From positions 17,563 to 81,562 of the forward strand of contig CAYTGV010000007.1 of assembly GCA_964437495.1 (NCBI GenBank): a stretch of DNA of 64,000 bases, read 5' to 3'. Both the position numbers and the translations under genes were made by a program. This stretch comes from an uncultured Planctomycetia bacterium (GTDB lineage Bacteria; Omnitrophota; Gorgyraeia; B26-G9). The notes under the pieces were generated by a model. The model saw only the letters and a program-made list of their open reading frames with translations, made no database searches and had not been told where the DNA came from. Below are positions 31,591-45,679 of this stretch, in pieces (position 1 is the stretch's first letter; each line of letters starts with the position of its first letter).

Positions 31591-32217
31591 TTACTTCTTC
31601 TTTGCCTTTCTAACTTCCAGATAAGATCCTTTATGTCCAGGAACCGCACCTTTTACCATCAGGACGTTCTTTTCTTTGTCAACCTTAATAATCTCTAAAC
31701 TCTGTACAGTAATCCGACGATGCCCCATATGCCCTGGTAAAGCATGCCCACGCACAACGCGTCCCGGACTAGTAGTCGCTCCTATAGAACCTGGGCCTCT
31801 ATGATTCATACCGCCATGTGTTTTTGGTCCGCCGCTCCAGCCATGACGTTTCATGCCGCCCTGAAAACCCTTACCTATGGACATGCCGCTAATATCGACA
31901 AAATCCCCTTCTTTAAACAGATCCAAATCTATTTGCTGTCCAATTTCAAACTGATCATTATCATCAATCAGGATTTCACGCACAAACTTTTTCGGCGCCA
32001 CATTGGCCTTTTTAAAATGACCCGCCAATGCCTTAGTAGTACGCCTTTCCTTTTTATCCAGATAGCTAAGCTGTACCGCTCTATACCCGTCTTTATCTTT
32101 TTCTTTTACCTGCACTACATAACAAGGACCGGCAATTATAGAGGTCACTGAAATGCACTTACCGTCTTCTTTAAAAACTTGAGTCATTCCTGCTTTTTGT
32201 CCTAATATACCTAACAT
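31591..32217 (-). CDS. rplC: 50S ribosomal protein L3
   Basis: GMTQ, DGY.AVQL, GKGFQG, KGAVPG. Confidence 0.98.
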   Translation of the reverse strand: MLGILGQKAGMTQVFKEDGKCISVTSIIAGPCYVVQVKEKDKDGYRAVQLSYLDKKERRTTKALAGHFKKANVAPKKFVREILIDDNDQFEIGQQIDLDLFKEGDFVDISGMSIGKGFQGGMKRHGWSGGPKTHGGMNHRGPGSIGATTSPGRVVRGHALPGHMGHRRITVQSLEIIKVDKEKNVLMVKGAVPGHKGSYLEVRKAKKK

Positions 32218-32281
32218 CTATTTACCCTTATCCAAGCTCTTATTAATACTCTTTAGCTTTTAACTTTTAACTTTTAACTTT

Positions 32282-32587
32282 TTACTTTATTTCTACATCC
32301 ACTCCAGCAGGAAGATCCAATCTTTTAAGAGCATCAATTGTCTTGGCTGTTGGTTCAATTATCTCTAGCAAACGCTTATGTATTCTCAGCTGAAACTGCT
32401 CACGTGATTTTTTATCAATCACAGGAGAGCGCAGCACTGTATATAGTGACTTCCGAGTTGGAAGAGGCACAGGTCCGGAAATCTTTGCTCCGGTTCGCTT
32501 AGCTGTATTTACAATCTCTTCCGCAGATTGATCCAGCACACGATGATCATAGGCCTTTAATCTTATTCTGATTTTTTGTTGCGCCAT
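32282..32587 (-). CDS. rpsJ: 30S ribosomal protein S10
   Basis: [23 protein letters not shown]. Confidence 0.98.
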   Translation of the reverse strand: MAQQKIRIRLKAYDHRVLDQSAEEIVNTAKRTGAKISGPVPLPTRKSLYTVLRSPVIDKKSREQFQLRIHKRLLEIIEPTAKTIDALKRLDLPAGVDVEIK

Positions 32588-32604
32588 CTTCTTCTACCCT
32601 CTTC

Positions 32605-33807
32605 CTATTCAATAATTTCCGATATAACGCCTGCTCCGACCGTACGCCCGCCTTCACGGATAGCAAACCGCAATTCTTTTTCCATGGCGATCGGCACGAT
32701 AAGATCTACATCCATAGCCACATTGTCTCCAGGCATAACCATCTCTACTCCCTGCGGCAATGTTACCACTCCGGTTACATCTGTTGTTCTGAAATAAAAC
32801 TGCGGACGATATCCCTTAAAAAATGGGGTATGTCTTCCGCCTTCTTCCTTACTTAATATATATACCTGAGCCTTAAACTTGGTATGCGGCTTGATCGATC
32901 CCGGCTTTGCTGCAACCTGGCCTCTTTCAATATCTTTCTTATCTATACCGCGCATCAAAAGACCTACATTATCTCCGGCCAGTCCTTCATCAAGCAGCTT
33001 GCGAAACATTTCTACTCCGGTTACTACTGTCTTCTTTGTGTCCTTCATCCCCACTATCTCGATCTCTTCTCCTACCTTAACCTTACCGCGCTCGATTCTT
33101 CCTGTTCCTACTGTACCGCGGCCGGTAATCGAAAATACATCTTCTACTGCCATCAAGAAAGGCTTGTCTATTTCTCTCTTTGGCGCAGGAATGAAATCAT
33201 CTACTGCCTGCATAAGATCCAAAATAGACTTTATATTAGGTCCTTCCATATTCCCTGCCTCTACTTCTTCTAAGGCCTTAACTGCCGATCCTTTAAGTAT
33301 CGGTGTCTTGTCTCCAGGAAACTCATACTTGTTCAATAAATCACGAATCTCAAGCTCTACAAGCTCAATCAGCTCAGGATCATCTACCATATCTGTCTTA
33401 TTCATATATACTACCAGCGCAGGTACGTTTACCTGTCTTGCCAACAGTATATGCTCGCGTGTCTGAGGCATTGGACCATCTGGGGCTGATACTACCAGAA
33501 TCGCTCCGTCCATCTGCGCTGCTCCGGTGATCATGTTCTTAATATAGTCAGCATGTCCAGGACAATCTACATGTGCATAATGACGCGTCTCTGTCTCATA
33601 CTCAGCATGGTGTACATTGATCGTTACTCCTCTTTCTTTTTCTTCCGGAGCATTGTCAATCTCATCATACCTCTTTGCTGTTGCTAATCCCTTTTTGGCT
33701 AGAATATGCGTAATCGCTGCTGTTAATGTTGTCTTACCATGATCAACATGTCCAATTGTTCCTATATTGACATGTGTTTTATTCCTCTCAAATTTCTCTT
33801 TAGCCAC
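32605..33807 (-). CDS. tuf: Elongation factor Tu (str-cluster copy)
   Basis: [24 protein letters not shown]. Confidence 0.99.
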   Translation of the reverse strand: MAKEKFERNKTHVNIGTIGHVDHGKTTLTAAITHILAKKGLATAKRYDEIDNAPEEKERGVTINVHHAEYETETRHYAHVDCPGHADYIKNMITGAAQMDGAILVVSAPDGPMPQTREHILLARQVNVPALVVYMNKTDMVDDPELIELVELEIRDLLNKYEFPGDKTPILKGSAVKALEEVEAGNMEGPNIKSILDLMQAVDDFIPAPKREIDKPFLMAVEDVFSITGRGTVGTGRIERGKVKVGEEIEIVGMKDTKKTVVTGVEMFRKLLDEGLAGDNVGLLMRGIDKKDIERGQVAAKPGSIKPHTKFKAQVYILSKEEGGRHTPFFKGYRPQFYFRTTDVTGVVTLPQGVEMVMPGDNVAMDVDLIVPIAMEKELRFAIREGGRTVGAGVISEIIE

Positions 33808-33835
33808 TATGCACCTCCTCTAATTAATTTTCAAA

Positions 33836-35911
33836 TCAATATCTATTGCCGATTAATTTTTCCTGTATTTGCCTTGGAACCTCTGAATAATAAGAAGGTT
33901 CTATTGTATACATTCCGCGACCCTGTGTCAAGCTTCTTATTATTGTTGCGTAGCCAAACATCTCTGCCAGCGGCACAACTCCTCTTATAACTTTCGCATT
34001 TGCACGGTCACTCATCGATTCAATTTTACATCTTCGTGAACCTAAATCTCCAATAACATCGCCCAAATATTCTGCTGGAATTATTGCCTCTAAAGACATT
34101 ATCGGCTCCAACAAAACTGACTGTGCCCTTTTCAATCCATCTGTGAATGCCATTGATGCGGCCATCCTAAAAGCCAACTCAGATGAATCAATCGCATGCG
34201 AGGATCCTCCAACCAGCTTAACATTTACATCAATAACAGGATAACCTGCAAGTACTCCAGAGCTTGCCGAGCCAAGAACCGCTTCTTTTACAGCAGGTAT
34301 AAATTCCCGCGGTATAACTCCTTTTGATATTTCACTCGTAAAGCTAACGCCTTGACCTTTTCCAGCATTGGACATTTCAAGCACAACATGGGCATACTGC
34401 CCTTTACCGCCTGTCTGCTGAATAAATTTATTTTCAATCTCAACAGTTCGAGAAATTGTCTCTTTATATGCTACCTGCGGTTTGCCTACATTCGCCTCAA
34501 CCTTAAATTCCCGCAGCAGGCGATCTATTATTATTTCAAGATGCAGCTCTCCCATTCCGGAGATTATAGTTTGCCCTGTATCTTTATCATATTTAACCCT
34601 AAAACTCGGATCCTCGTCCTGCACTCTATTAAGGCTTTCACCTAACTTATCCTGTGCCGCCTGTGTTGCCGGCTCTATAGCTAAAGAGACTACAGGTTCA
34701 GGGAAATGCATGCTTTCTAAAATAATCGGCCTATGGATGTCACAGATCGTCTCTCCGGTTTTTGTGTATTTTAAGCCCACAGCCGCCGCTATATCTCCCG
34801 CATAAACTTCTTCTACTATTTCCTGCTTATTGGCATGCATTTTAAGCAGCTTGCCAATTCTTTCTTTACGTTGTTTATTCGCATTATAAACATGCGTGCC
34901 TGATTTCAAAATCCCGGAATAAACTCTAAAGAATATAAGCTTACCAACATATGTATCTGCCATTACTTTAAACGCTAAAGCGCTAAGCGCTTCTTCATTG
35001 CTTGTTATCCGCTCTTGCCTTTTATCGGTTCCCGGCACAAATCCTTCAACCGAAGGCACATCAAGCGGACTTGGTAAATACTCGCAAATAGCCTCAATCA
35101 GCGGCTGAACTCCTATATTACGAAAACTGGAGCCGCAGAAAACAGGAACATAGCCATATTTCACAACAGCCTGGCGGACCGCCTTTTTAAGCTCATCAAT
35201 TGCCGGCTCCTGATTATGCACAAATTTTTCCATCAGCACAGCATCGTGTTCTGAGGCTATTTCAATCATCTGTTGTCGATAATCATATGCTAATTCATGC
35301 AAATTATCTGGAATTTCTACAATTTTAAAATCCAGGTTTTCACTATTACGCTCAAACATATACGCTTTCATTTCAACAAGATCCACAATCCCGATAAATC
35401 TGTCCTCAGCTCCTATAGGGATCTGCATCGGAATTACCTTGGCTCCTAAGCGTTTACGCATCTGTTCAATCGCTGAGAAAAAATCACAGCCAACTCTATC
35501 CATCTTATTTACATAAGCAATAAGAGGAATATTATAGCGCTGTGCCTGTCTCCATACTGTCTCTGACTGAGGCTCAACTCCACCTACAGCGCATAAAACA
35601 ATCACTGCTCCATCTAAAACTCTCAAAGAACGTTCAACTTCTACTGTAAAATCTACGTGACCAGGAGTATCAATTATATTAATTCGATACTCTTTCCAGA
35701 AGCATGTTGTGCATGCGCTGGTAATTGTTATCCCGCGCTCCTGTTCCTGCACCATCCAGTCCATTGTTGCTGTGCCCTGGTCTACCTCACCCAACTTATA
35801 AACCTTGCCGGTATAAAATAAAATGCGTTCCGTAGTTGTTGTTTTGCCGGCATCGATATGAGCCATGATGCCTATATTTCTAGTCTTTTCTAAAGGGAAT
35901 CCTTTTGCCAT
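33836..35911 (-). CDS. fusA: Elongation factor G
   Basis: [29 protein letters not shown]. Confidence 0.97.
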   Translation of the reverse strand: MAKGFPLEKTRNIGIMAHIDAGKTTTTERILFYTGKVYKLGEVDQGTATMDWMVQEQERGITITSACTTCFWKEYRINIIDTPGHVDFTVEVERSLRVLDGAVIVLCAVGGVEPQSETVWRQAQRYNIPLIAYVNKMDRVGCDFFSAIEQMRKRLGAKVIPMQIPIGAEDRFIGIVDLVEMKAYMFERNSENLDFKIVEIPDNLHELAYDYRQQMIEIASEHDAVLMEKFVHNQEPAIDELKKAVRQAVVKYGYVPVFCGSSFRNIGVQPLIEAICEYLPSPLDVPSVEGFVPGTDKRQERITSNEEALSALAFKVMADTYVGKLIFFRVYSGILKSGTHVYNANKQRKERIGKLLKMHANKQEIVEEVYAGDIAAAVGLKYTKTGETICDIHRPIILESMHFPEPVVSLAIEPATQAAQDKLGESLNRVQDEDPSFRVKYDKDTGQTIISGMGELHLEIIIDRLLREFKVEANVGKPQVAYKETISRTVEIENKFIQQTGGKGQYAHVVLEMSNAGKGQGVSFTSEISKGVIPREFIPAVKEAVLGSASSGVLAGYPVIDVNVKLVGGSSHAIDSSELAFRMAASMAFTDGLKRAQSVLLEPIMSLEAIIPAEYLGDVIGDLGSRRCKIESMSDRANAKVIRGVVPLAEMFGYATIIRSLTQGRGMYTIEPSYYSEVPRQIQEKLIGNRY

Positions 35912-35997
35912 AGCATGCTTCGTTTATCTTCCCCGCGCTCTATTTTGTGTGTACTGTTTATTTTATATGGTTTAAAACCCTCAAGCTGAAAAATCAA

Positions 35998-36465
35998 TTA
36001 CCAACGGTAATGCGCAAACGCCTTATTGGCTTCAGCCATTTTATGAGTATCTTCTCTTTTCTTTAAAGCGGAACCTTCTCCTTTATAGGCATCAAGTAAT
36101 TCCTGTGCAAGCTTATCCTGCATAGGCCTGCCTTTTCTGGTTCTAGCAAAATTGCGAATCCAACGCAGGGCCACAACAGTGCCTCTATCCTGTCTAATTT
36201 CTATCGGCACCTGATAAGTCGCTCCACCCACACGCCTTGCCTTAACCTCTAAGAGAGGACGCGCATTATCCAATGCCTTTTTAAAAACTTCCAAGGCACT
36301 TTTACTTGTCTTTTGCTCTATAATCTCAAAGGCAGAATAAACTATATTCTCTGCTATTGACTTTTTCCCTTTAGTCATTACCATATTCACAAGTTTGGTA
36401 ACTAAAAGACTGTTATACTTTGGGTCTGGCTGTATTTGACGTTTTACCGCGCGTCTTCGACGCAT
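35998..36465 (-). CDS. rpsG: 30S ribosomal protein S7
   Basis: [23 protein letters not shown]. Confidence 0.98.
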   Translation of the reverse strand: MRRRRAVKRQIQPDPKYNSLLVTKLVNMVMTKGKKSIAENIVYSAFEIIEQKTSKSALEVFKKALDNARPLLEVKARRVGGATYQVPIEIRQDRGTVVALRWIRNFARTRKGRPMQDKLAQELLDAYKGEGSALKKREDTHKMAEANKAFAHYRW

Positions 36466-36486
36466 GACTCCTCCTTACAATTTCAA

Positions 36487-36861
36487 TTATTTTTTTGGTT
36501 TCTTTGTTCCGTAACAAGAACGGCTTCTTTTTCTATCCGATACTCCAGCAGTATCAAGTGTTCCCCTTACAATATGATATCTAACTCCCGGCAAATCTTT
36601 TACCCTGCCGCCGCGAACAAGCACAATGGAGTGTTCCTGCAGATTATGTCCTTCCCCGGGGATATAAGCCGAAACTTCCATGCCATTAGTAAGCCTTACC
36701 CTTGCTATTTTACGCAAGGCAGAATTAGGTTTTTTAGGCGTCATTGTCCTTACCTGCAGGCAAACCCCTCTTCTTTGGGGAGATTTCTGCAATGCTGGAG
36801 ACTTATTTCTTGAGCTTGATTTTTTTCTTCCTATTCTAATTAATTGACTAATTGTCGGCAT
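36487..36861 (-). CDS. rpsL: 30S ribosomal protein S12
   Basis: [22 protein letters not shown]. Confidence 0.99.
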   Translation of the reverse strand: MPTISQLIRIGRKKSSSRNKSPALQKSPQRRGVCLQVRTMTPKKPNSALRKIARVRLTNGMEVSAYIPGEGHNLQEHSIVLVRGGRVKDLPGVRYHIVRGTLDTAGVSDRKRSRSCYGTKKPKK

Positions 36862-36875
36862 CTTTGTCTTTCTCC

Positions 36876-39800
36876 TTAGAGTACATTTGGAATGTCTTCT
36901 GTTTTCTCTTCTTTTATTTTTTCATCACCTTTTTCATGGACAATATGCATTCTTCGATGCGTATGAAAACCAGTTCCTGCCGGGATCAAATGCCCCATAA
37001 TAACATTTTCTTTCAAGCCCATAAGTAGATCTGTCTTTCCGCTAGCCGCAGCTTCTGTTAAAACGCGAGTAGTTTCCTGAAAACTTGCAGCAGAAATAAA
37101 GCTTTCCGTAGTCAATGACGCTTTTGTAATACCTAAAAGCAGCGGTGTTGCACTTGCCGGCTTACCTTTTTTTTCTATTACTTTCTTGTTTATCTTATCC
37201 AGAATAAATTTATCAATCTGCTGACCTGGTAGTAAATCTGTATCCCCCACATCCTCAACTTTCACTTTCTTGAGCATCTGGCGAACAATAACCTCAATAT
37301 GCTTATCATTGATGCGTACTCCCTGCAAGCGGTAAACTTCCTGAATCTCCGTAACAAGATGCTCCTGCAATTTTTGCACTCCAGATACACTTAATATATC
37401 ATGCGGTACCATCGGTCCATCAGTAAGTACCTGTCCTGCAGTTACCATATCACCTTTATAGATATTAAGATGTTTTCCAGGCGGAATAAGATACTCTTTG
37501 CTCATACCTGATACGCTCTTTATGATTATGCGCCGCTGTCCTTTTTTTGGAGCTCCAAATTCAACAATGCCGTCAATTTCAGTAATGATCGCCGGATCTT
37601 TAGGTCGACGCGCCTCAAATATTTCAGCCACACGAGGCAGACCACCTGTGATATCTTTTGTCTTTGTGATCTTTCTGGGAGTTTTAGCAAGTAGACTTCC
37701 ACCTTCAACCTCCTGCCCATCATGAACAACAATATGCGCACCAGACGGAATTGTATAAAAAGCCAACACCTCATCCTGGTCATTATAAATAATAATCTGT
37801 GGATGATAATCAGCCTTATGATCAATAATAACTCTTTCGGTAAGTCCGGTAGAGGCATCGATTTCTTCACGCATAGTTACGTTTTCCTTGATATCCTCAA
37901 AACGCACCAGACCATTTGATTCGGTTAAAATCTGAGAAGTATATGGATCCCAGGTTACAACAACCTGGTTCTTTTCTGCTTTTTGACCCTCAAGGATGGT
38001 TAAGAATGATCCAATAGGCACATTGTATATTTCAAGCTCTCTTTCCACATCATCATGGATACTTAACTGCCCGTTTCTATTAAGAACAATGGTTTCTCCG
38101 CTCTTATTTGTAACTGTTCTCAGGTTATGATACTTGATGGTCCCTGAATGCTTTGCCTTAAACTGTGACTGCTCAATAATTCTCGATGCAGTTCCACCAA
38201 TATGAAAAGTTCTCATTGTAAGCTGTGTACCAGGTTCACCAATTGACTGTGCCGCAACAATACCAACTGCCTCACCCAACTCTACAATTCGCTGCGTAGC
38301 TAAGTTGCGCCCGTAGCATTTAGCACATACACCCTGGGTAATCTCACAGGTTAAAACACTTCGGATCCGGATTTTTTCAAGGCCAAGCGCTTCTATCTTC
38401 TCTGCCTTTTCTTCTGTTATTTCATCTCCTACAGATACAATTGTTTTATCAGTTACAATATCAACTATATTATCAAGCGCTATGCGCCCAATAATTCTTT
38501 CTTTTAAGCTGACCACTACATCATCGCCCTCTGTTATCGCAGAGATCATGATCCCGTTTAATGTGTGACAATCATCCTGAGTAATGATCACATCCTGCGA
38601 AACATCAATCAAGCGGCGTGTTAAATATCCGGCATCAGCTGTTTTTAATGCCGTATCCGCAAGACCCTTTCTCGCACCGTGAGTAGATATAAAAAACTCA
38701 AGCACTGTCAGCCCTTCACGGAAATTTGCTGTGATCGGGTTTTCAATGATCTCGCCAGATGGTTTAGCCATAAGACCACGCATACCCGCAAGCTGGCGAA
38801 TTTGCAATTTTGAACCACGCGCTCCGGAATCTGCCATCATGAATACCGGATTAAAATGATCAAGACCATGAAAAACCTGATCTGCGATCGTATCTGTAGC
38901 ATGGGTCCAGATATCAATGATCTTATTATAACGTTCACCTTCAGTAATAATTCCGCGTCTATGCTGTTTCTCTACTATGGCCACTTCAGCATGCGACTGT
39001 TCTATGATCTTCTTTTTACCTTCTGGAATGCGCAGATCATGCATAGAAATAGATACTCCGCCAAGAGTTGCATACTCAAACCCAAGCTTCTTAAGATCAT
39101 CAAGAAGGATAACAGTACGGTAATGCCCGAATTTTTTATAGCATTTTGTAATAATTTTACTTAGCTTACCCTTATCCATCGGTTCATTTACAAAACCAAA
39201 TCCAGCCGGTATGATCTGATTGAATATTATACGTCCAATCGTCGTGTCTATAAACTCATTGCCCAGTCTTAATCGACAGCGCTGATGCACTTCTGCTTCC
39301 TGACACTGGTGAGCAGTAAGCGCCTCATCCATATCTCCATAAACATTCAGCTTTTCATCTTTTAATGTTTCCGCCTTAGAGCCAACGATTGTCAAATAAT
39401 AACAACCGAGCACGATGTCTTGGCTGGGCGCAATAATCGGCCTGCCGTCTGATGGTGAAAAAATATTATTTGTCGCCAGCATAAGCAGGCGCGCTTCCAT
39501 CTGAGCTTCATTTGAAAGCGGCACATGAACCGCCATCTGATCCCCGTCAAAATCAGCATTAAACGCTGTGCAAACAAGCGGATGAATACGAATTGCCTTG
39601 CCTTCTACCAAAACCGGCTCAAAAGCCTGGATGCCTAAACGATGCAGTGTTGGAGCACGGTTAAGCATTACTGGATGTTCTCTTATCACTTCTTCTAAAA
39701 TATCCCATACTTCAAGACGCGCGCGTTCAACCATTCTCTTTGCGCTTTTCACAGTATGAACAAGACCTCTTTCCCGTAATTTTTTAATGATGAACGGCTC

Positions 39801-40904
39801 AAACAATTCCAATGCCATGCGTTTTGGCAAACCACACTGATGCAACTTCAATTCCGGACCAATAACAATAACTGATCGCCCAGAATAATCAACACGTTTT
39901 CCTAAAAGATTCTGACGGAAACGCCCCTGTTTTCCTTTAAGCATATCGCTTAATGATTTTAAAGGCCGGTTACCCGGACCAAGTACAGGCCGCCCATGTC
40001 TTCCATTATCAAAAAGCGCGTCAACTGCTTCTTGCAGCATACGTTTTTCATTGCGCACGATAACATCCGGAGCTTTTAATTCCAGTAATTTTTTCAATCT
40101 GTTATTGCGGTTGATAACCCTGCGATAAAGGTCGTTCAAATCACTAGTAGCAAATCTGCCGCCATCCAAAGGAACCAGTGGTCTTAAATCCGGAGGGATA
40201 ACCGGTAAAACCCGCATAATCATCCATTCCGGTTTATTGCCGGACTTCTTAATCGAATCAACAATTTTTAATGTTTTAATCAGCTTCTTAGTCGTTGCTT
40301 CTGCCTTGGTTGTCGCTAATTGCTTACGCAGCTTTTTGCCCAATTTTTCAAGGTCAACTTCAGCCAGCAGTCGGCTTATAGCCTCAGCACCCATCATCGC
40401 TGTAAATTTATTGCCATATCTATTGCGGTATTCTCTATATCTGTCTTCAACAAGCAGCTCTTTTTTATGTAAAGGCGTTTCGCCCGGATCAAGAACTACA
40501 TACTCCTCATAATAAATAACCTTTTCCAGCTCTCTTTGCGTCATATCCAAAAGCGCGCCCAATCGAGACGGCATTGCTTTAAAGAACCATACATGCGAAA
40601 CAGGAGCAGCAAGATCAATATGACCCATTCTTTTGCGGCGGACATTAGAAAGAGTGACCTCTACGCCGCAACGATCGCAAATAATCCCCTTATGCTTTAT
40701 CCGTTTATATTTCCCGCAATTACATTCCCAGTCTTTAGTCGGACCAAAGATCTTTTCGCAGAACAGGCCGTCTTTTTCCGGTTTCAAAGTGCGATAATTA
40801 ATTGTTTCAGGTTTTTTTACCTCACCTTTTGTCCATGACAAAATAACCTCCGGAGAAGCAATACGTATTGATATAGCATTGAATGCATTGGCATCTTGTG
40901 CCAT
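36876..40904 (-). CDS. rpoC: RNA polymerase beta' subunit
   Basis: NADFDGDQM catalytic motif, [22 protein letters not shown]. Confidence 0.99.
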   Translation of the reverse strand: MAQDANAFNAISIRIASPEVILSWTKGEVKKPETINYRTLKPEKDGLFCEKIFGPTKDWECNCGKYKRIKHKGIICDRCGVEVTLSNVRRKRMGHIDLAAPVSHVWFFKAMPSRLGALLDMTQRELEKVIYYEEYVVLDPGETPLHKKELLVEDRYREYRNRYGNKFTAMMGAEAISRLLAEVDLEKLGKKLRKQLATTKAEATTKKLIKTLKIVDSIKKSGNKPEWMIMRVLPVIPPDLRPLVPLDGGRFATSDLNDLYRRVINRNNRLKKLLELKAPDVIVRNEKRMLQEAVDALFDNGRHGRPVLGPGNRPLKSLSDMLKGKQGRFRQNLLGKRVDYSGRSVIVIGPELKLHQCGLPKRMALELFEPFIIKKLRERGLVHTVKSAKRMVERARLEVWDILEEVIREHPVMLNRAPTLHRLGIQAFEPVLVEGKAIRIHPLVCTAFNADFDGDQMAVHVPLSNEAQMEARLLMLATNNIFSPSDGRPIIAPSQDIVLGCYYLTIVGSKAETLKDEKLNVYGDMDEALTAHQCQEAEVHQRCRLRLGNEFIDTTIGRIIFNQIIPAGFGFVNEPMDKGKLSKIITKCYKKFGHYRTVILLDDLKKLGFEYATLGGVSISMHDLRIPEGKKKIIEQSHAEVAIVEKQHRRGIITEGERYNKIIDIWTHATDTIADQVFHGLDHFNPVFMMADSGARGSKLQIRQLAGMRGLMAKPSGEIIENPITANFREGLTVLEFFISTHGARKGLADTALKTADAGYLTRRLIDVSQDVIITQDDCHTLNGIMISAITEGDDVVVSLKERIIGRIALDNIVDIVTDKTIVSVGDEITEEKAEKIEALGLEKIRIRSVLTCEITQGVCAKCYGRNLATQRIVELGEAVGIVAAQSIGEPGTQLTMRTFHIGGTASRIIEQSQFKAKHSGTIKYHNLRTVTNKSGETIVLNRNGQLSIHDDVERELEIYNVPIGSFLTILEGQKAEKNQVVVTWDPYTSQILTESNGLVRFEDIKENVTMREEIDASTGLTERVIIDHKADYHPQIIIYNDQDEVLAFYTIPSGAHIVVHDGQEVEGGSLLAKTPRKITKTKDITGGLPRVAEIFEARRPKDPAIITEIDGIVEFGAPKKGQRRIIIKSVSGMSKEYLIPPGKHLNIYKGDMVTAGQVLTDGPMVPHDILSVSGVQKLQEHLVTEIQEVYRLQGVRINDKHIEVIVRQMLKKVKVEDVGDTDLLPGQQIDKFILDKINKKVIEKKGKPASATPLLLGITKASLTTESFISAASFQETTRVLTEAAASGKTDLLMGLKENVIMGHLIPAGTGFHTHRRMHIVHEKGDEKIKEEKTEDIPNVL

Positions 40905-40916
40905 AATTATCCCTTT

Positions 40917-43900
40917 CTACTTGCTTTTGCTTTTTCTTTTTATTTTTATGTCTTCTTTTTGCTCATGCATACCTTCTGTGCGGATATCCAAAGCTAAAGA
41001 CTGAAGTTCCTTTACTAAAACATTGAAAGACTCAGGAGTGCTTGGCTTCAAAGCGTTTTCGCCTTTTACAATAGATTCATAAATCCTGGTTCTTCCAATA
41101 ACATCATCACTTTTTACAGTCAGTAATTCCTGTAATGTGCTGGCTGCCCCATAAGCTTCCAGGGCCCATACTTCCATTTCTCCAAAACGCTGGCCTCCGA
41201 ACTGAGCCTTGCCGCCCAAAGGCTGCTGTGTAACCAAAGAATACGGACCAATTGAACGAGCATGAATTTTATCATCAACAAGATGCGCAAGCTTTATTAT
41301 ATATATAAAACCCACACAAATCTTTGATCCAAAATCTGCACCAGTATAACCATCTCTAACAATAACCTTCCCGTCTTCCGGAAGACCTGCAGTATTAAGC
41401 TCTTTACGAATTTCCGATTCCGCAGCTCCATCAAAAACTGGACTGGCGATTTTAAAGCCCAACACTTTTGCCGCCCATCCAAGATGAGTTTCCAAAAGCT
41501 GCCCCACATTCATACGCGATGGTACGCCCAATGGATTAAGTACGATTTCCACAGGAGTTCCATCCGGCAAAAACGGCATATCTTCCTCGGGAAGAATGCG
41601 GGCAATAACACCCTTGTTACCATGGCGTCCAGCCATTTTATCTCCTACTGAAAGACGCTTCTTGCTGGCCACAAGTACTACTACTTTTTTCAATACTCCC
41701 GGAGGAAGTTCATCTCCGCGCTTTACCTTATCAAGCTCTCTTTCTTCCTCTTCAACAAACTCTTTGATCTGAGCGTCTAGAAGTCTTATTGTCTTTTTAA
41801 TTGACTCGCCAGCCTGCTCATCACCTGAAATCTTAATGCTGTCTAAATCAACACGGTCAACCTTCTTTATGTCTTGTTTTTTTACAACCTTGTTTACTCC
41901 AATAAGTATCGTTCCTGTCTCTTCATCAAGTAAACTAGCTGCCAGCTTTCTCTTAAGCAGCAAATTGTATAATTTCTGATTGCGCTCTTTCTTGAGCTTT
42001 TTGATTTGCTCGCCATAGTACTTGCGAATTTTTTCTGTCATGCGCAATTCATCACTGATCTGCTCTTTAGACTTGCTCTTTAGGCCTTTTCTTGAAAAAA
42101 CACGCACATCAGTTACAACTCCTTCAATCCCCGGGGGAACTGTCAGCGATGTATCTTTCACATCTTGTGCTTTTTCACCAAAAATTGCCCTAAGCAGTTT
42201 TTCTTCCGGAGACAATTCAGTTTCGCTCTTAGGCGTAACTTTTCCTACCAGAATATCGCCAGGTCCAACTTCAGCTCCGATACGAACAATCCCGTCTTCT
42301 CCTAAATCTTTTAAGGACTCCTCGCCAATATTTGGTATATCTCTTGTTACCTCTTCATTACCCAGACGAGTATCGCGCGCTTCACACTCAAACTCTTCTA
42401 TATGCACAGAGGTATAAAGATCTTCCTTTACTACTCTTTCGCTGATTAAAATCGCATCTTCGAAATTATAGCCGCGCCAAGGCATAAAAGCAACCAGCAC
42501 ATTACGTCCAAGAGCCAGCTCGCCTTTATCAGTCGCCGCCCCGTCAGCAATTATTTCATCCTTCTTTATTTTCTGACCGGTCTTAACCAAAGGCCGCTGG
42601 TTAACGCAGGTAGATGCATTGGAACGTGAGAATTTTTTTAATGTATAGGTTTCATTTTCTATCACTATTTTCGTAGCATCAACATATTTAACTGTTCCGG
42701 AATGCCTTGCGATAATAACCGACCCAGAATCTTTAGCAACTTTCTGTTCCATACCTGTACCTACAAGCGGTGATTCAGGCTCAAGCAGTGGTACTGCCTG
42801 ACGTTGCATATTACTTCCCATCAAAGCACGATTTGCATCATCATGCTCTAAAAATGGGATGAGACTTGCGGCAACACTAACAAGCTGACGCGGAGAAACA
42901 TCCATATAATCAACTTCACTTCTTTCAACCTTTGGAAAATCTCCTTTATGTCGGCAGGAGATCAAATCGTTTATAAAACGACCCTTATCGTCAATGGGAG
43001 CATTGGCCTGAGCAATAACATATTGATCTTCAACATCCGCACTCAAGTAATCCAATTTCTCTGTTACCTTGCCCTTTACAACCTTGCGATAAGGAGTCTC
43101 AATAAAACCAAACTCATTAATACGCGAAAAAGTTGTCAGCGACGCTATTAATCCGATATTCGGACCTTCCGGAGTTTCTATCGGGCAAATGCGTCCATAA
43201 TGCGAATAATGGACATCTCTTACTTCAAAGCCTGCTCTTTCACGGCTTAATCCTCCCGGCCCTAAAGCACTAAGTCTTCTTTTGTGGGTCAACTCTGAAA
43301 GCGGATTTGTCTGATCCATAAATTGTGACAACTGAGAACGTCCAAAGAAATCCTTCACAACAGAAGAGATCAGCTTTGAATTAATCAAATTATGAGGCAT
43401 AACTGTTTCCATCTCATAGATACCCATGCGTTCACGCACAGATCGCTCCATTCGGGCTAGCCCGATCCGGAACTGATTCTGGACAAGCTCACCGACAGTA
43501 CGCACACGCCTATTACCCAGATGATCAATATCGTCTAATTTTCCTTCGCCTCTTTTCAGTTTAATTAAATATTTTATTGTTTTGATCAAGGTTTCAGTAT
43601 CAAGCGTGCGATTATCCAGGCTTTTCTTCATGCCCAGTTTTCTATTTAGAACAAACCGTCCTACCCGACCAAGATCATAACGTTTTTCATCAAATATCAG
43701 ACGCTCAATCAAAATCTGCGCTGATTCTATGGTTACCGGATCACCGGGGCGAAGACGACGGAAAATCTCAAACAATGCCTCTTCTCTATTTGTCGTTCTG
43801 TCTTTTTCCAGGCTGTTAATAATCTCCGGACCATCAACAACAAAAGCATTTATTTTCTTTACCCCCATATCCAGAAGCTGATCAACCCCATGCTTGGTCA

Positions 43901-44651
43901 ATCTTGAACCCGCAGAAAACAATGTTGTAGTATTGTCTTTAGGATTCAGAATATCCTGAGCAAAAATTACATTTTCAAGCTCAGCTTCATTTTTGAGCGA
44001 TAATTTCACTTCCTCTACAGGATAGAAAAGTTTTAAAATATCGGCATTTGAAGAAAATCCTACTGCACGCAAAAAAGTTGTCGCATAAAATTTCCTTCTG
44101 CGATCAATATAAACGTAGAGAACATTATTGATATCAAACTCAAACTCCACCCATGCCCCTCTATAAGGAATCAACCGTGCCGAATGAAGTTTTTTGCCTG
44201 AAAGATGGACATTCTCTTCAAAGCATATGCCCGGAGATCGATGCAACTGGCTAACAACAACCCGCTCATCACCATTTATTACAAAAGTGCCGACATCGGT
44301 CATTAAAGGAAGCTCTCCCATATATACTTCTTGTTCCTTTGTCTCTCTGCCTGTACGCAGACGCAATTTGACCTTTAAAGGAGCAGCATAACTCATGCCC
44401 CTCCTCTGACACTCCCACACATCATATTTTGATCTATCAAGATTATAATACAAAAATTCAAGTTTACATGTCTTGTCAAAATTTTCCATTGGAAAAACTT
44501 CATTAAAAACAGCATGCAGGCCTTTATTTTCACGTTTTGTTTTCGGCACATCTAGCTGCAAAAAATCATGATACGAGTCTCTCTGCACCTGAAGTAAATG
44601 CGGCACTTCGAAAACTTCTTTTAATTTTGCATAATTTTTTCTGTCCATCAT
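40917..44651 (-). CDS. rpoB: RNA polymerase beta subunit
   Basis: [30 protein letters not shown]. Confidence 0.99.
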   Translation of the reverse strand: MMDRKNYAKLKEVFEVPHLLQVQRDSYHDFLQLDVPKTKRENKGLHAVFNEVFPMENFDKTCKLEFLYYNLDRSKYDVWECQRRGMSYAAPLKVKLRLRTGRETKEQEVYMGELPLMTDVGTFVINGDERVVVSQLHRSPGICFEENVHLSGKKLHSARLIPYRGAWVEFEFDINNVLYVYIDRRRKFYATTFLRAVGFSSNADILKLFYPVEEVKLSLKNEAELENVIFAQDILNPKDNTTTLFSAGSRLTKHGVDQLLDMGVKKINAFVVDGPEIINSLEKDRTTNREEALFEIFRRLRPGDPVTIESAQILIERLIFDEKRYDLGRVGRFVLNRKLGMKKSLDNRTLDTETLIKTIKYLIKLKRGEGKLDDIDHLGNRRVRTVGELVQNQFRIGLARMERSVRERMGIYEMETVMPHNLINSKLISSVVKDFFGRSQLSQFMDQTNPLSELTHKRRLSALGPGGLSRERAGFEVRDVHYSHYGRICPIETPEGPNIGLIASLTTFSRINEFGFIETPYRKVVKGKVTEKLDYLSADVEDQYVIAQANAPIDDKGRFINDLISCRHKGDFPKVERSEVDYMDVSPRQLVSVAASLIPFLEHDDANRALMGSNMQRQAVPLLEPESPLVGTGMEQKVAKDSGSVIIARHSGTVKYVDATKIVIENETYTLKKFSRSNASTCVNQRPLVKTGQKIKKDEIIADGAATDKGELALGRNVLVAFMPWRGYNFEDAILISERVVKEDLYTSVHIEEFECEARDTRLGNEEVTRDIPNIGEESLKDLGEDGIVRIGAEVGPGDILVGKVTPKSETELSPEEKLLRAIFGEKAQDVKDTSLTVPPGIEGVVTDVRVFSRKGLKSKSKEQISDELRMTEKIRKYYGEQIKKLKKERNQKLYNLLLKRKLAASLLDEETGTILIGVNKVVKKQDIKKVDRVDLDSIKISGDEQAGESIKKTIRLLDAQIKEFVEEEERELDKVKRGDELPPGVLKKVVVLVASKKRLSVGDKMAGRHGNKGVIARILPEEDMPFLPDGTPVEIVLNPLGVPSRMNVGQLLETHLGWAAKVLGFKIASPVFDGAAESEIRKELNTAGLPEDGKVIVRDGYTGADFGSKICVGFIYIIKLAHLVDDKIHARSIGPYSLVTQQPLGGKAQFGGQRFGEMEVWALEAYGAASTLQELLTVKSDDVIGRTRIYESIVKGENALKPSTPESFNVLVKELQSLALDIRTEGMHEQKEDIKIKRKSKSK

Positions 44652-44696
44652 ACGCGGTCACCTTAATGTATAATTACCGATTTAGTTAGCTTTTAA

Positions 44697-45131
44697 TTAC
44701 TTTATTTCTACTGTTGCGCCCTGCTCTTCAAGTTTCTTCTTAATTTCCGCTGCTTCCTCTTTACTAACATTTTCTTTAACCGGCTTAGGGGCAGAATCAA
44801 CCAAATCTTTAGCTTCTTTTAGACCAAGACTTGTAATCGAGCGAATTTCCTTGATAACCTGGATCTTCTTATCTCCAATAGCTGAGAGAACAACCGTAAA
44901 GCTTGTCTTTTCTTCAGCTTCCGGAGCGGCTGCACCCGGAGCGACTGCCATTGCTGCCATAGGCATTGAAGCAGAAACCCCGAATTTATCTTCCAGCACT
45001 TTAACCAGATTGGACAATTCAAGAACACTCATCTCTTCAATATTCTTTACGATCTCCTGTGATTTAGGGGAAAGTTTGATATCTTCTTTTTTCTCTTCTT
45101 CCTGTTTTTCTTCTTTTACCTGCTCAGACAT
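44697..45131 (-). CDS. rplL: 50S ribosomal protein L7/L12 with acidic N-terminal extension
   Basis: [17 protein letters not shown]. Confidence 0.97.
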   Translation of the reverse strand: MSEQVKEEKQEEEKKEDIKLSPKSQEIVKNIEEMSVLELSNLVKVLEDKFGVSASMPMAAMAVAPGAAAPEAEEKTSFTVVLSAIGDKKIQVIKEIRSITSLGLKEAKDLVDSAPKPVKENVSKEEAAEIKKKLEEQGATVEIK

Positions 45132-45145
45132 TATGCCCTCCTTTA

Positions 45146-45670
45146 TTATTGTTCCTTTTCTTTATTTTCGCTTATTTGCTTAATTACATTGACCAGGCCG
45201 CGAATCGACCCGGACAACACATTGACAAATCCTGTGATCGGTGACTTCATAGCCATTAAAACTGTTGCCAGAAGCACTTCCTTACTCGGTAATGCGGCAA
45301 GCTCTTTCGCGCGAGCGCCATCGATCAGCTCTCCTTCAACCATACCGCCGCGTACTCTAAAACTTTTGTGATCCTTGGAGAAATCAAACAAAGTTTTAGC
45401 CGCCCCTACAGGGTCATCCTCATATACAGCAATCCCAGTTGTTCCCTCTACAAATTTTACCGCCCCCTCTAAAGAAACCTCTGCAAGAACCTTCTTGAGA
45501 AGAGTATTTTTAGTAACAATAAGTCTAGTAGATTTTTTTTCCAGTTTTCTTCTAAGAGAATCAATATCAACTACTTTAAGTTTGTCGAAATTTGCGACCA
45601 TCAACCCAGAAGCATTTTTCAAACATTCAGTTACTTCTTTAACTATATATTCCTTTTCTACGTGAGCCAT
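45146..45670 (-). CDS. rplJ: 50S ribosomal protein L10
   Basis: LR, V.KNTL, LAALPS; lies between rplA and rplL. Confidence 0.95.
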   Translation of the reverse strand: MAHVEKEYIVKEVTECLKNASGLMVANFDKLKVVDIDSLRRKLEKKSTRLIVTKNTLLKKVLAEVSLEGAVKFVEGTTGIAVYEDDPVGAAKTLFDFSKDHKSFRVRGGMVEGELIDGARAKELAALPSKEVLLATVLMAMKSPITGFVNVLSGSIRGLVNVIKQISENKEKEQ

Positions 45671-45679
45671 AATACCCTC

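Noticed and set aside
36876-44651. Inteins or introns in rpoB/rpoC
   Set aside because: Lengths are normal, frames are continuous, and no splicing motifs were seen.
45671-45679. L10 leader upstream of rplJ
   Set aside because: The rplA-rplJ gap is only 9 nt, too short for the known leader.
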